Below, piece by piece: positions 52,984 through 63,184 of a stretch of 64,000 nt of DNA (its first letter is position 1; the number at the start of each line of letters is the position of its first letter). Both the position numbers and the translations under genes were made by a program. The stretch spans positions 32,001 to 96,000 of IMG/VR virus record IMGVR_UViG_3300028920_000041, one strand, 5' to 3'. Below the pieces are notes generated by a model. It did not search any database. It saw only the letters and a program-made list of their open reading frames with translations, and had not been told where the DNA came from. The DNA is from a virus.

Positions 52984-54455
52984 TGCCAGAAGTGCCAAAA
53001 ATAGTTGAGCCGTACCATCCTGTTGTACAGCTACGTTTTGGACGTAAGCCATTCATTATAACTATCCCACCGGATTATTTGGTTGAGTTTACGGCAACAG
53101 AGGTTAGGGGAGGCAAGGACCAAGCAACTCTGGTTTTCATAGATCCTACGTTCGTAAAGATAGAATCTTTCTTGCTCCAATTGGACAAAGAAACAGCGGA
53201 GTCACGAAGCAGTAAAGACGTACCTACCGATGTTCTTTTCTACAGGTGGGGCTTTCCTGGTTTAGGCTTGGAAGAAAGGCCTTGGCGTCAAGGTGCTATT
53301 GCAACGTATACACCAACGCTATCAACAGCAGGAATGCGGATCTCACTTGATATCTGGGCCAGAGGAACAACCTTCCAGTTCATTACAGAGCCGAAGACCT
53401 ACAAAGGAAAGATTAGCTCTGTAGTAACACAAATGGCCTTAGAGATGGGTTACCCAAAGGCTAATGTTTTTGTAGAAGAGACAGACGATGATGAAATGGA
53501 GGAAGATCCAAGAGCTGAATGGTCTGTTAAGAACCAAAGTCGTGTTGACTTTATGGAATCACTAAAGCAGTCTGCTAAATCAAAAACCAACCCGTCTAAA
53601 CCCTACTTTTTCAAGCTCTCACTTGATGGCACATTCCACTTTCACACGATTGATTTCAGCAGAACAAAGAAGCGAAAAAGAACAGAGCCAAGGATCTTTA
53701 AGGTCTTGTTCGCAGGACCAAATACAGGAGTAACAAGCTTTACTCCAGCCTATAACTCTCGCCGTATAGGAAACTTTGCGCAGACTGTACTTGCTACTAC
53801 TTATGATCCAAGAACCAAGCAATACCAGAAACGGGTTCTGACTCGAAAGACACTTGGACTGCAAACCAAAGATGATCCAAAGAACGCCAGAACAACCTCC
53901 GGTCCTTTGGTTAAATCAGATGATAGAGAAGAGCTTGAAAAGGTTGTTAACGCTGCAACGTTCAAACCAAGTCAACAAGTAGCATTAGGCGGTAGGTGTT
54001 CTGGTAAGACCAAACAGATCTATGCAAGTCCACAAAGAGCATTCGCTTACCTCGAACATAGCTTCAAAGTGCTCCATGAGACTGTTTCAGGTGCCCAATT
54101 AGAGTTAGTTGGCTTACCTGAATTTTCAGACTTCACTCCCGATGAGCACTATTGCGATGTACACGTGGTCCTGCCACCACAGGCCTACCAGGACGCTGTA
54201 CAGACCGGATCTTGGCCAGAGCTGTCCCAAGGGGCCAATGTTCGATCTGGCGTCTCCAGGGATGCACAGCTCGACGTGACAGCCGGTCTGCACTGGTCTT
54301 CGGGCCGCTACCAGGTCAAACGGGTCACCCACACGATCACCTCGGGCTATACCATCTCTGCAGAGCTTGGAAAGCCCACTATGTTGGTTGGCCCGGATGA
54401 AGCCCGAACGGGTCCACCGGCTAAAGCCAAGCCAGCAACTGTCAAAACAACCTGA
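52983..54455 (+). CDS. Baseplate hub protein (gp27/Mu gp44/P2 gpD-like)
   Basis: Position, plus SGRYQVKRVTHTITSGYTISAEL C-terminal motif. Confidence 0.75.
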   Translation: MPEVPKIVEPYHPVVQLRFGRKPFIITIPPDYLVEFTATEVRGGKDQATLVFIDPTFVKIESFLLQLDKETAESRSSKDVPTDVLFYRWGFPGLGLEERPWRQGAIATYTPTLSTAGMRISLDIWARGTTFQFITEPKTYKGKISSVVTQMALEMGYPKANVFVEETDDDEMEEDPRAEWSVKNQSRVDFMESLKQSAKSKTNPSKPYFFKLSLDGTFHFHTIDFSRTKKRKRTEPRIFKVLFAGPNTGVTSFTPAYNSRRIGNFAQTVLATTYDPRTKQYQKRVLTRKTLGLQTKDDPKNARTTSGPLVKSDDREELEKVVNAATFKPSQQVALGGRCSGKTKQIYASPQRAFAYLEHSFKVLHETVSGAQLELVGLPEFSDFTPDEHYCDVHVVLPPQAYQDAVQTGSWPELSQGANVRSGVSRDAQLDVTAGLHWSSGRYQVKRVTHTITSGYTISAELGKPTMLVGPDEARTGPPAKAKPATVKTT

Positions 54456-54456
54456 T

Positions 54457-56187
54457 ATGGAAAGCTACGAAAAAGAAGCGCTCTTAGTAGCGCTTGACTC
54501 ATCCAAGAAGATTTGGCCTGGCTGCTATCGTGGCAAGGTTGAATCAATTGATGATCCAGACAGGCTTGACAGAGTAAAAGTTAGAGTGTGGGCAATTCAC
54601 AGAGATGATACAGCGACTCCGGACTCGGCTCTACCATGGGCAGATGTAAATGAGATAGGCGGTGGAGGTTATGACTTCGGTGGTTACAATCCCCCTCCTG
54701 TTGGTTCTAGCGTTTGGGTTATGTTTGAAGGAGGCGATTCTGATTACCCTGTTGTCATTGGAACGTTTCGTGGTGTACCTAAAAGAGATGACATTAACTC
54801 TAATGTATTTCTTGTCAAAGATCAGTCACCGGTTGTTGAGAGTCCTTGGACTCCTCCAGATGAAGAGACAGAAACACCAAAGGATGTATTTGAAGATGTA
54901 GATGGTGGAGATCCTCACCCAACCAAGAGAGTCTGGCAAAAGAGCTACAAAGGCCACACCATTGTTATTGATGATGGGGATGGCAAGGAGTCTTTTAAGA
55001 TAATAGACAGGGCAGGTCAGATCATAGAGTTTGACTGCGCCGTTGATGCTGAGTATGCAGCTAGCAATAATGCACAAAGGGGTGTAAGGGATGCATCCAG
55101 GGGAGATCAATTGCCTCATGATGCACTAAGAGACAAAAGGGCTGCCATTCGTATCAAGGATTTGTCCGGTCAAGAGCTTGTTTTTGATTCACGGAATATG
55201 GATGAAAGAATTACATTAAAAAGCAAGAGCAAACTAGGTGGGGAGAATAAAATTGTACTCAGATCTGGCAAAGGCAAGAATTCCATTGAACTTAGAGACA
55301 GCGGTGGAGATTTTGTTAGACTTGACCCACACTCTGACACACCGATTGTTATACAAGATTCTACTGGTAATGGAATCATTTTCGATAAGGCTACAGGACA
55401 AGTTCGAATTGTTGGCACTAAGACTAGAGAAGAGGACTTACCTCAGAAAACCACTACGGTAAGAGGCAAAAAGAGGTCAGACATAAGAGGTGATGAAGTT
55501 AAGCAGATCTTAGGCAACAAAAAGACATCGGTAATGAACGATGTTTTGCAGAGTGTTTTAGGCAATGCACAGGTCTCTTTAGGTGGTGCGTTGAAGATGA
55601 TGCTAACCAATCAATCACCGTCTGGATCTGAAGAGAAAGCTTTAGACATCCAAGTCAATAACCCTACAGGTGGGGACTTTGCGTTTCAAACACTAAATGG
55701 AAATATTGACTGGAATACTATTCTTGGTAGCATCCAAATGTCTGTGGATACTACTGGAGATATGGTCACACAATCTGGACAAGTCTCAGGCAACAACAAC
55801 GTTGACGCTCCAGCCGCTACAGGTAAGGTTTTGCTTGGTAACGCTCTTTTACCTGTGGGTCCTAATCCTGTACCCGGTGCTAGTCAAGAATCCTTGATCC
55901 GTGGCAGCTACTTTAATCAAATGCTGACTGTATATTTGACAGCTCTTAGTGCTTCGTGGAGTACTCGCGCTGGCGTTGCTGCATCGTTTTCAAACACACT
56001 GCCAATAGGGTTGGTTTTGAACTTTATACCCGCTGTAGGTAACACGCTTTTTACGACATTGATGGGGCCACTTTGGGAAGCTTATGCAGTAGGAGAAACT
56101 ACGGCATTTGGCGTTCAGTCTGCGGCAGCAGCGGCTTTGCTAGCAGCACTCCCTGCAACACTATCGACAAAAAGTAGCACACAATGA
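54457..56187 (+). CDS. gp5: Central spike protein (gp5/VgrG/GpV OB-fold)
   Basis: YRGKVESIDDPDRLDRVKVRV...PPVGSSVWVMFEGGDSDYPV; SYKGHTIVIDD; no lysozyme domain seen. Confidence 0.85.
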   Translation: MESYEKEALLVALDSSKKIWPGCYRGKVESIDDPDRLDRVKVRVWAIHRDDTATPDSALPWADVNEIGGGGYDFGGYNPPPVGSSVWVMFEGGDSDYPVVIGTFRGVPKRDDINSNVFLVKDQSPVVESPWTPPDEETETPKDVFEDVDGGDPHPTKRVWQKSYKGHTIVIDDGDGKESFKIIDRAGQIIEFDCAVDAEYAASNNAQRGVRDASRGDQLPHDALRDKRAAIRIKDLSGQELVFDSRNMDERITLKSKSKLGGENKIVLRSGKGKNSIELRDSGGDFVRLDPHSDTPIVIQDSTGNGIIFDKATGQVRIVGTKTREEDLPQKTTTVRGKKRSDIRGDEVKQILGNKKTSVMNDVLQSVLGNAQVSLGGALKMMLTNQSPSGSEEKALDIQVNNPTGGDFAFQTLNGNIDWNTILGSIQMSVDTTGDMVTQSGQVSGNNNVDAPAATGKVLLGNALLPVGPNPVPGASQESLIRGSYFNQMLTVYLTALSASWSTRAGVAASFSNTLPIGLVLNFIPAVGNTLFTTLMGPLWEAYAVGETTAFGVQSAAAAALLAALPATLSTKSSTQ

Positions 56188-56381
56188 ACCTTGACAAGTT
56201 AGCCGATTCACTTTCTCAAGATATCTTCGATCAATTCCCAAAAGAGACTAAAGAGCACAAAGTTGTTATACGTGATTCTATTGTGAAGATACTCAAAGCA
56301 TTGCCTAAAGGCTACTCCAGAGAGAAGTATATAGAACACGTTAGGAAAGGGTTGAATTCAGTGAACTATGAAAAAACTTGA
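56184..56381 (+). CDS. Small hypothetical protein
   Basis: 65 aa, ATGA-coupled. Confidence 0.55.
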   Translation: MNLDKLADSLSQDIFDQFPKETKEHKVVIRDSIVKILKALPKGYSREKYIEHVRKGLNSVNYEKT

Positions 56382-56646
56382 AGAGGTGATAGATCAGTCT
56401 ATCAGTGACTTTATCAAAGAGATAGTAGATAAGATTGATGATAAAGCACTAACAGACATTGGTCCAAAGATACTTGAACTTTTGGAGAAGAAGAAACAAG
56501 GCACTTTGGACTTGAACGATCTGAAGTCACTATTACTTCTATATCGAAATGTCATAATCCCTGCTTCTATGGTTCAAGAAGCAAACAAGCTTAGAGCAAT
56601 CAGCGGAATAGTCAATGGCGCAATGGGTATCAGCAAACCTCGCTAA
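56368..56646 (+). CDS. Small hypothetical protein
   Basis: 92 aa, helical. Confidence 0.55.
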   Translation: MKKLEEVIDQSISDFIKEIVDKIDDKALTDIGPKILELLEKKKQGTLDLNDLKSLLLLYRNVIIPASMVQEANKLRAISGIVNGAMGISKPR

Positions 56647-57832
56647 TCTACTACCGGGAAGCGTAGATGCGATCTTCGATTCTATTCGTGCGTTAACATC
56701 TACTGTATCTGTGCCGCTGACTGCCGTTAAAACGATAATGAATAAATACAAGCTTGCTTTGTCAAGCTTGCCAGCCTTTGACTTTGTATCCATAGCCAGA
56801 GGCCTTGTGGAGGACTTCAAAGAAGACTTGATAGGATCTGGCTACTACGTATTGGATATGTGGGACTACCCGGTAAAACAGCTTCAACCTGCTACATTTG
56901 GGTTCGATCAGACATACAGCAATGCTGATATGTCTGGTCACTTGTTCTCAGAGTCTTTCCAGCAAGACTTGATTAATAGCTTTGATGATACAAAGGATGT
57001 AAGTAGGCCACAGTTTTCTGGTAACGTTGCCATGTTGGTTATTGTAGTGGCTCGCGGTACACTTGATGATATGGGAGTTGATACCGAAGAAGATCATATA
57101 GGAGAAGCTTGGAAGGGTTTTGACACTGCAATTCATGGCGCGGCAAGAGCAATTGAAGAGATAAGGTGGAAGGCTTCTTTCGGTCTTATACGAAGTGCGG
57201 CAGAAGTACAAGAATCAGAAAAAGTAGCAACTCGTGTTGCAAGAGCACAAAGAGCCTTTCGTTTACTAACCTATATGACTCAAGAAGAGCTAGATCTACT
57301 GCCAAAGCCTCTGAACCCTGAGACTGGAGAAGCCTTCTTTGAAGGTATGACGGCTTCTGATATAGATTGGGAAGAGGATATTGTTCCTATCTTGGAAGCA
57401 GTAGAGAGCAATTTCGAGCCTTACTCTTATCCAGACTGGCAGAGTTCAACACTCTATGATGTCTATCCAGAGCTTGCTGATTTGGTGAACACTATCTTCG
57501 ATCCTGTGATTGAGCTTTTAGAGTCCGGTGGAACCATAGTTCAGTCTATCATTGACTTGATTGATGCGATTACGGCGAAGTTGAATGAACTGCAACGCAT
57601 CATAGACGATATAGATGTTTTCTTGGAGCAGATTGAAGATCTATTGAGTGCTACGGGGTTTCATGCAGTGTTCATTAGTTCAAGTAGCGGTGTGGAAGGG
57701 CTAAAAACAGAGCTTGAAAACGCTACAGACTTTCCGTTTTCAGGAAAAGGGTTTTATGCCGGAATGTCCATTTTAGTTGGAAGTGATGCTGTAGCACCTT
57801 TCACAGCGTTGTTTCAACCTGTTGTGTCATAG
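56615..57832 (+). CDS. Baseplate-associated hypothetical protein
   Basis: 405 aa, acidic, coiled-coil C-terminus, between the spike and gp25. Confidence 0.65.
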   Translation: MAQWVSANLANLLPGSVDAIFDSIRALTSTVSVPLTAVKTIMNKYKLALSSLPAFDFVSIARGLVEDFKEDLIGSGYYVLDMWDYPVKQLQPATFGFDQTYSNADMSGHLFSESFQQDLINSFDDTKDVSRPQFSGNVAMLVIVVARGTLDDMGVDTEEDHIGEAWKGFDTAIHGAARAIEEIRWKASFGLIRSAAEVQESEKVATRVARAQRAFRLLTYMTQEELDLLPKPLNPETGEAFFEGMTASDIDWEEDIVPILEAVESNFEPYSYPDWQSSTLYDVYPELADLVNTIFDPVIELLESGGTIVQSIIDLIDAITAKLNELQRIIDDIDVFLEQIEDLLSATGFHAVFISSSSGVEGLKTELENATDFPFSGKGFYAGMSILVGSDAVAPFTALFQPVVS

Positions 57833-58273
57833 ATGAGCTATACATACACATTCACAGTAGGAGTTGCTCCAGTTGTAAGATCAACAACAGATTCAGACTT
57901 TCTAAAGGCTTTTGACTTTCCACTTCAGTTCAAATCGAATGGTGATTTAACTCTAACGTCAAACGATCGTGCAATTGAGCATGATTTGAAGCATGCTGTA
58001 ATGCTGCTTATAGGTGGTATACCTCTTTCTGGGCAGATTGGAAGCAGGGTGCCTACCATGCCGTTTGACCCTAATGATTCTGTTAACAGCGATATCATTG
58101 TAGAGGAAATAGCAAGGTCTTGTAGACTAAACGTACCTCAAGCTCTAGTTGACAAAGACATATTCATAGTTGAAGAGGATCATAGTGTAAGAGCTGTGGT
58201 TCCTTACGTAGCTCCAGGCAGAATGAATCTGAAGATTTTGAATTTGGCTATTCCTGTGCAAGACATTGACTGA
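57833..58273 (+). CDS. gp25: Baseplate wedge/sheath initiator (T4 gp25-like)
   Basis: FDFPLQF...AIEHDLK..L..GGIP...IGSRV. Confidence 0.7.
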   Translation: MSYTYTFTVGVAPVVRSTTDSDFLKAFDFPLQFKSNGDLTLTSNDRAIEHDLKHAVMLLIGGIPLSGQIGSRVPTMPFDPNDSVNSDIIVEEIARSCRLNVPQALVDKDIFIVEEDHSVRAVVPYVAPGRMNLKILNLAIPVQDID

Positions 58274-58329
58274 CCTGTCTATAGCTTCTCTTAACCAACA
58301 TAAGAACAAGCAAAGAAAAGGAGTTATAG

Positions 58330-59907
58330 ATGGCTGTTCCAGTTGTAACCTGTTCTGCGGATATAGTTCTTTCTTACGATGCATCTGGACGAACAATACA
58401 GTTAAATGCATCTGCCACGAATTCTCCAACCTCTTGGCAGTGGACAATACTACACGTTCCTCCAGGATCTACAGCTAATGTAGGCACTAAAGGAGATTTT
58501 GTTGATGGTGTGTCAGCAGAGCAAAATCCGCAATTGGAGATAGATGGTGGAATAGACGGGGGTTATTGTATTCAAGCAATGGCTCTAAATGGAGACGGTA
58601 GCTCTAGTTCTTTAAATTCCGGATCTCAGCAGTTGATCATTGTAAAAACCCAAGATGGTGAGTATTCGCTACCTCCGGATTATGCCTATGATTGGGGCGA
58701 GCGATATTTGAATGAGACCATAAGAGCTATTGAAGCAGATCTAGAACTTGCTGGGGAAACTCCTTTAACAACAAAAGGAGACATTTTAGGATACGATACT
58801 GCCAATGCTCGTATTCCTATAGGATCAGACTATGGGGTTTTGACTTCTGACAGTGGTCAAAGTCTAGGGGTTAAGTATTCCCGTGTTGTCAACGCTAGTC
58901 TTGATGACATGGCTCAAGAAACCATAAAAGGTAGAGCTTCTGGTGCTGGAACAGGGGCACCTACAGATCTAACTCCTACTCAAGTTACTGCGATGCTGAA
59001 TGAAGTAACTTCCTCTTTGAAAGGCCTAGCGCCTGCATCTGGTGGGGGAACTGATAATTTTCTTAGAGCTGATTTGTCGTGGGAAGAGCCAACTTTACCT
59101 GTTACGACTAAAGGCGATTTACTAGGGTATGACACTACAAAAAATCGTGTACCTGTAGGATCAGATGATGAAGTACTAACGGCTGACAGTGGACAGGGTC
59201 TAGGTGTTAAGTACTCTCGTGTTGCCAATGCTAGTCTTGGTGACATGTTAGAAAGCACAATAAAGGGTAGGGCAGACGGTGCTGGAACTGGGGCACCTAC
59301 AGATCTAACTCCAGCACAAGCAACAGCCATTATCAATGAACTGTCAGACTCTGAAAAAGGCTTAGCTCCTGCATCTGGGGGTGGCACGGATAACTTTTTA
59401 AGGGCTGACAAAAGTTGGGCAGTTCCTCCAGGTACAGGAATAAATCCTCTAACGACAAAAGGGGATCTATATGGCTATGATACAGAAGCTACTAGAATTC
59501 CTGTAGGAGTCAATGAGAGAGTCCTCACAGCGGATGATACAGCTAGCTTAGGTGTTATCTGGCAGGAACCGCAGAAAAGCCATGAACAGATAATTGATTC
59601 TAGTTCAAGTGGAAATATTGATACACAAATCGACTACCTTGTTTATGGTGACGGCAATCTGGATACGCCTTCTGGTTATGACCTTATGGTGTTTAGAGAT
59701 GGTGTTAAGATGACGTATTCAGCAACACCCTCTGCTTCCAATGAGTATTGGTTTAATGATTCTTTGAACGAAGTTCGTGTTATTGGAGATGGTTCTTCCC
59801 ATCGTTGGGAAGTCTATTATAGATCTACCGCTGTTAGCGGTTACTCAGCAAATAACCCTGGAACCTTTGGTACTGCGAACTTTGGTACATCCACATTTGA
59901 CGGATAG
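58330..59907 (+). CDS. Tail fibre-like protein with N-terminal PKD/Ig domain and internal repeats
   Basis: IQLNASATNSPTSWQWT; PLTTKGD repeats; AAGGAG SD. Confidence 0.75.
   Translation: MAVPVVTCSADIVLSYDASGRTIQLNASATNSPTSWQWTILHVPPGSTANVGTKGDFVDGVSAEQNPQLEIDGGIDGGYCIQAMALNGDGSSSSLNSGSQQLIIVKTQDGEYSLPPDYAYDWGERYLNETIRAIEADLELAGETPLTTKGDILGYDTANARIPIGSDYGVLTSDSGQSLGVKYSRVVNASLDDMAQETIKGRASGAGTGAPTDLTPTQVTAMLNEVTSSLKGLAPASGGGTDNFLRADLSWEEPTLPVTTKGDLLGYDTTKNRVPVGSDDEVLTADSGQGLGVKYSRVANASLGDMLESTIKGRADGAGTGAPTDLTPAQATAIINELSDSEKGLAPASGGGTDNFLRADKSWAVPPGTGINPLTTKGDLYGYDTEATRIPVGVNERVLTADDTASLGVIWQEPQKSHEQIIDSSSSGNIDTQIDYLVYGDGNLDTPSGYDLMVFRDGVKMTYSATPSASNEYWFNDSLNEVRVIGDGSSHRWEVYYRSTAVSGYSANNPGTFGTANFGTSTFDG
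58762..59560 (+). repeat. Internal repeat of about 112 aa, 2.3 copies
   Basis: P[LV]TTKGD units start at 58762, 59098 and 59446 (spacings 336 and 348 bp). Confidence 0.85.
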
Positions 59908-59918
59908 GAGCCTCAGAA

Positions 59919-61541
59919 ATGCCACTCCCAGATCAACCATGGAGCACTTCGTTTCCAACGTCGCAGGACACTCCAGGTGTGGAGCAACCGGACCTTACTC
60001 CTGATTCAACTCCAGGTGCGGAGGATGGTCATCGTGTTCTTGTACAGCACTTTCATGCTCTAAGAGACAAGCTCCAAGACTTAGCAGACGATCATGGTGA
60101 TGATTCGAACCTTCCAGCCGGTTGTACTCGTGACAAGGTAGCAGACCTTGAGGAAGCTGGTTTTAGCAAAGCCGTAGGATCTACAGTAAAGTACTACATT
60201 GATGGTACAGCCGGTAATGACTCTACCGGTGATGGTGCGGCATGGGGAACTGCATTTGCTACATTTGATCATGTTTGGAACAATGTATTACCTGTTGTTC
60301 TTAGAGATAAATACATCATCCAATTCCGAAACGTTGGAGCTGTTGCAGATACAAATCCCAACAGTGGTATCCATACCGGTAAGATGCTTCTTGGAGCAGA
60401 TTCCAAGTTCGTTCTTGTTGGCGAAGATGGGTACAACGTAGTTTCTGCAGGAAGCACCTTTACTGGTGGAGACACCAAAACTGGTACTCTTGGTGCGGCC
60501 GGCTGGACTATTAACGATCACGCTGGAAAGTGGGTTCGTATCACGACAGGACCGGATGCAGGGTATGTTAGAAGTGTTATTAGAAATACAGCAGATACAC
60601 TTTACTTTAACGTAGATCTAGCTAATACAGCGTCAGGACAAACATGGGAATGGGTAGAGCCTAACGCTACTGCGTCTGGTCAGTTCACAACGGTTTGGAC
60701 TGCCGGAACACAAGATGGTGGGGGCGTAACTTATGACCATTTCAAACACTCAGGAGATCTATTAGAAGTCTTGGGTTCTCCAGGGGCTGTTTCTTTCGGC
60801 AACCTTTACAATGTTGGTCAAAGTCGTGTGAACCTTAACAAAGAAGGTGGTAATTCCTTTTCAGCGACTGCAGTGAAAACTAGTTCTACTACCGGCGATG
60901 ATCTTTCAGATGGGGTTGACAGAGGTGGACTTTCTCATGATTTATCAGGGACTGAAAACGGTTTGCTAGATCTACAAGGATTGAATACTTTGGATGTTCA
61001 GGGTTGGATTGCTGCTGGACTTGAGATGTCAGATTGTTCTTTGTGGGGAAACCTTGGGAGCAATGGTGATACAGATACTATTCGTGCATCTATTATAAAT
61101 CCAAGCAACGCAAACCGTTGTGCAATGATGCGTATGTGCAAGGTTCAAGATTCAACCAAAGGTCTTGGTTTTTACATTGATTCTGAAAGCGGAGGACAGG
61201 ATGGACTTCGCGCTTTAGGATCTAGTCTTATATTAATAGCGGGTATGGAGGCGAATAATTGTGTAGATGGGTTGAGTCTTATTGAGTCTACTATTGTTAT
61301 GTCTAGAGGTATGACAGGTACTGGAAATTCCGGTTGGGGTGTTAGAGCAAGACGCGGATCATTCATAGTGATAGATAGGACAACGTCTGACCCGTCCGTG
61401 ACAGGTACATCAGGCGACGTTCAGCTCGACAGCGGCCCGTCTACCTGGGCAGCAATCCTCGCCGGGACCGCCCTGGTAGATCCGGTGGAGTTTTCTTCGG
61501 TCTACGTAGACACGACCCTTATCCAGGAAGCTGGCTGGTAG
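59919..61541 (+). CDS. Tail spike/fibre, beta-helix-like (paralogue 1)
   Basis: YYIDGTAGND...FATFDHVWNN; beta-helix-like C-terminal half; N-terminal FPTSQD anchor. Confidence 0.7.
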   Translation: MPLPDQPWSTSFPTSQDTPGVEQPDLTPDSTPGAEDGHRVLVQHFHALRDKLQDLADDHGDDSNLPAGCTRDKVADLEEAGFSKAVGSTVKYYIDGTAGNDSTGDGAAWGTAFATFDHVWNNVLPVVLRDKYIIQFRNVGAVADTNPNSGIHTGKMLLGADSKFVLVGEDGYNVVSAGSTFTGGDTKTGTLGAAGWTINDHAGKWVRITTGPDAGYVRSVIRNTADTLYFNVDLANTASGQTWEWVEPNATASGQFTTVWTAGTQDGGGVTYDHFKHSGDLLEVLGSPGAVSFGNLYNVGQSRVNLNKEGGNSFSATAVKTSSTTGDDLSDGVDRGGLSHDLSGTENGLLDLQGLNTLDVQGWIAAGLEMSDCSLWGNLGSNGDTDTIRASIINPSNANRCAMMRMCKVQDSTKGLGFYIDSESGGQDGLRALGSSLILIAGMEANNCVDGLSLIESTIVMSRGMTGTGNSGWGVRARRGSFIVIDRTTSDPSVTGTSGDVQLDSGPSTWAAILAGTALVDPVEFSSVYVDTTLIQEAGW

Positions 61542-61550
61542 GAGATAACC

Positions 61551-62864
61551 ATGACAAAGAAATTTGGTTTTGATCTCAGTGGTCGCAGAAGCATGCAGGC
61601 TGACCGGGCGTATGGGTCCCCTGGATGGGCCACGCAGAACTATTACCTGGATCCTGTCTCCGGCAATGATGATAACGATGGCAGGAGCGCTGGAAGCCCC
61701 ATCCAAACGTTTGATCATTACTGGAACAACATCCTGCCGGATGTTGTAATGCAGTCCCACACGCTTACAATGGCGGAGGGAGTGGTCTCAGTCTCCGGAA
61801 CGTATGCGCAGAAGCAACTACTTGGGACCGCGAGTCTGCGGTTCCAGGGGGATACTACCGGTTTTGATTTTACTGGGTCTGGCGGCCCCCTGTCGGTCAG
61901 CTCGGGGAGTTCCGGGGTAATGACATTCTCCCCCTCGCCTGGTTGGGTTACCAATACGCACGCTGGCAGGATGATCTACAATCACACCAAGGGCTATATG
62001 GCGTATGTTTTTAGAAACACCGCCGATACGCTCTATCTCTACTACGGGTATTCCGTGAGTGCATCGGACTCCGTGGAGTGGTGCAAATTCAAAACGTCAA
62101 TCGATGGCTACTGGGACATCCGGGTGATTGGAGGAGATCCCGGTCTTAACGCCGTTCGTTTTAACGATCTAAATCTTACAGGTTTTAGCAAGACTTTCTT
62201 CGGTGATGTGGAGTTTCGGTTTGATTATGTTTGTAGTGAGCAAAACTTGGCCGTTTGGGGGACAGCCATGGGCTGGCGAATGCCTGCGTTTGATTTCTAT
62301 GACTCTTGCGTGAAGGGGCGGCTACTAGTTCAGTCTTGCATTTTTGACGCGGAGTACCCGTGTGTAACTGGTGGCCTGCAATTGTATGGGTGTGATCTCC
62401 AGTCTTACTACATGGATGGTAAATTTCTAGGCTCTGGCTATGATCCAGCGATTAAACTCTACCGCTGTGACTGTTTGGAAGAGGACGGATTTGGGGATAT
62501 CGAGGTAGATCCAAACGGCAACGATATTGCAATAGATATCAAGAACTGCCCCCTTGTTCGTCTCTACCGAGATCTTAACATTACCAACCCTGGAGCCAAC
62601 GGTATCCGAGTGCAAAACTCTCAACTCGTCGTCAGCCACAACGGGTTGTCAGGGGCACCCACATCCTACGGAGTTATTCTGCGACACGGATCCAGGCTTC
62701 GTTTAAAATCATTCGTAATTCCTACTCTTAACGGGGGAACAGCGGATATATACGACGGCAGCGGAACGTCCACATGGGCTGCTGTCCAGGGAGGTACGCC
62801 GCTCGTTAACACAAATGAGATGACCTCGGCCGTTTTGGATACCATCGCCCTTGAAGACGAATAG
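61551..62864 (+). CDS. Tail spike/fibre, beta-helix-like (paralogue 2)
   Basis: YYLDPVSGND...IQTFDHYWNN; RNTADTLY; STWAA..GT.LV C-terminus shared with paralogue 1. Confidence 0.7.
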   Translation: MTKKFGFDLSGRRSMQADRAYGSPGWATQNYYLDPVSGNDDNDGRSAGSPIQTFDHYWNNILPDVVMQSHTLTMAEGVVSVSGTYAQKQLLGTASLRFQGDTTGFDFTGSGGPLSVSSGSSGVMTFSPSPGWVTNTHAGRMIYNHTKGYMAYVFRNTADTLYLYYGYSVSASDSVEWCKFKTSIDGYWDIRVIGGDPGLNAVRFNDLNLTGFSKTFFGDVEFRFDYVCSEQNLAVWGTAMGWRMPAFDFYDSCVKGRLLVQSCIFDAEYPCVTGGLQLYGCDLQSYYMDGKFLGSGYDPAIKLYRCDCLEEDGFGDIEVDPNGNDIAIDIKNCPLVRLYRDLNITNPGANGIRVQNSQLVVSHNGLSGAPTSYGVILRHGSRLRLKSFVIPTLNGGTADIYDGSGTSTWAAVQGGTPLVNTNEMTSAVLDTIALEDE

Positions 62865-62872
62865 GAACGGAC

Positions 62873-63127
62873 ATGCCGAACCCAAACAAAAACTACATCA
62901 TCAAGACGTGTCCAAGCTGTTCGGACACCAACCTTTCCGTACTGCGTGGCCACGCAGAAAGTTATTATGGTCGCAATGCGCAGGGAATTCCACTGAGCGC
63001 AAAGATTGAAAGAGGACTCCCCACGCAGAGCGTTGCAAAATGCAGGGTTTGTTTTGCTACATCGACGTGGAACTTGGTCCAGACTGATCTGTCATCCCCT
63101 GATATCGACTACACAGAGCAGACCTGA
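62873..63127 (+). CDS. Small Zn-ribbon protein
   Basis: CPSC...CRVC; AGGA SD. Confidence 0.5.
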   Translation: MPNPNKNYIIKTCPSCSDTNLSVLRGHAESYYGRNAQGIPLSAKIERGLPTQSVAKCRVCFATSTWNLVQTDLSSPDIDYTEQT

Positions 63128-63184
63128 TCTGTTCTCCTGTAGAATCAAGTTGCATGCAATCGCGGTAAGGGTTGAGGTTAGTGT

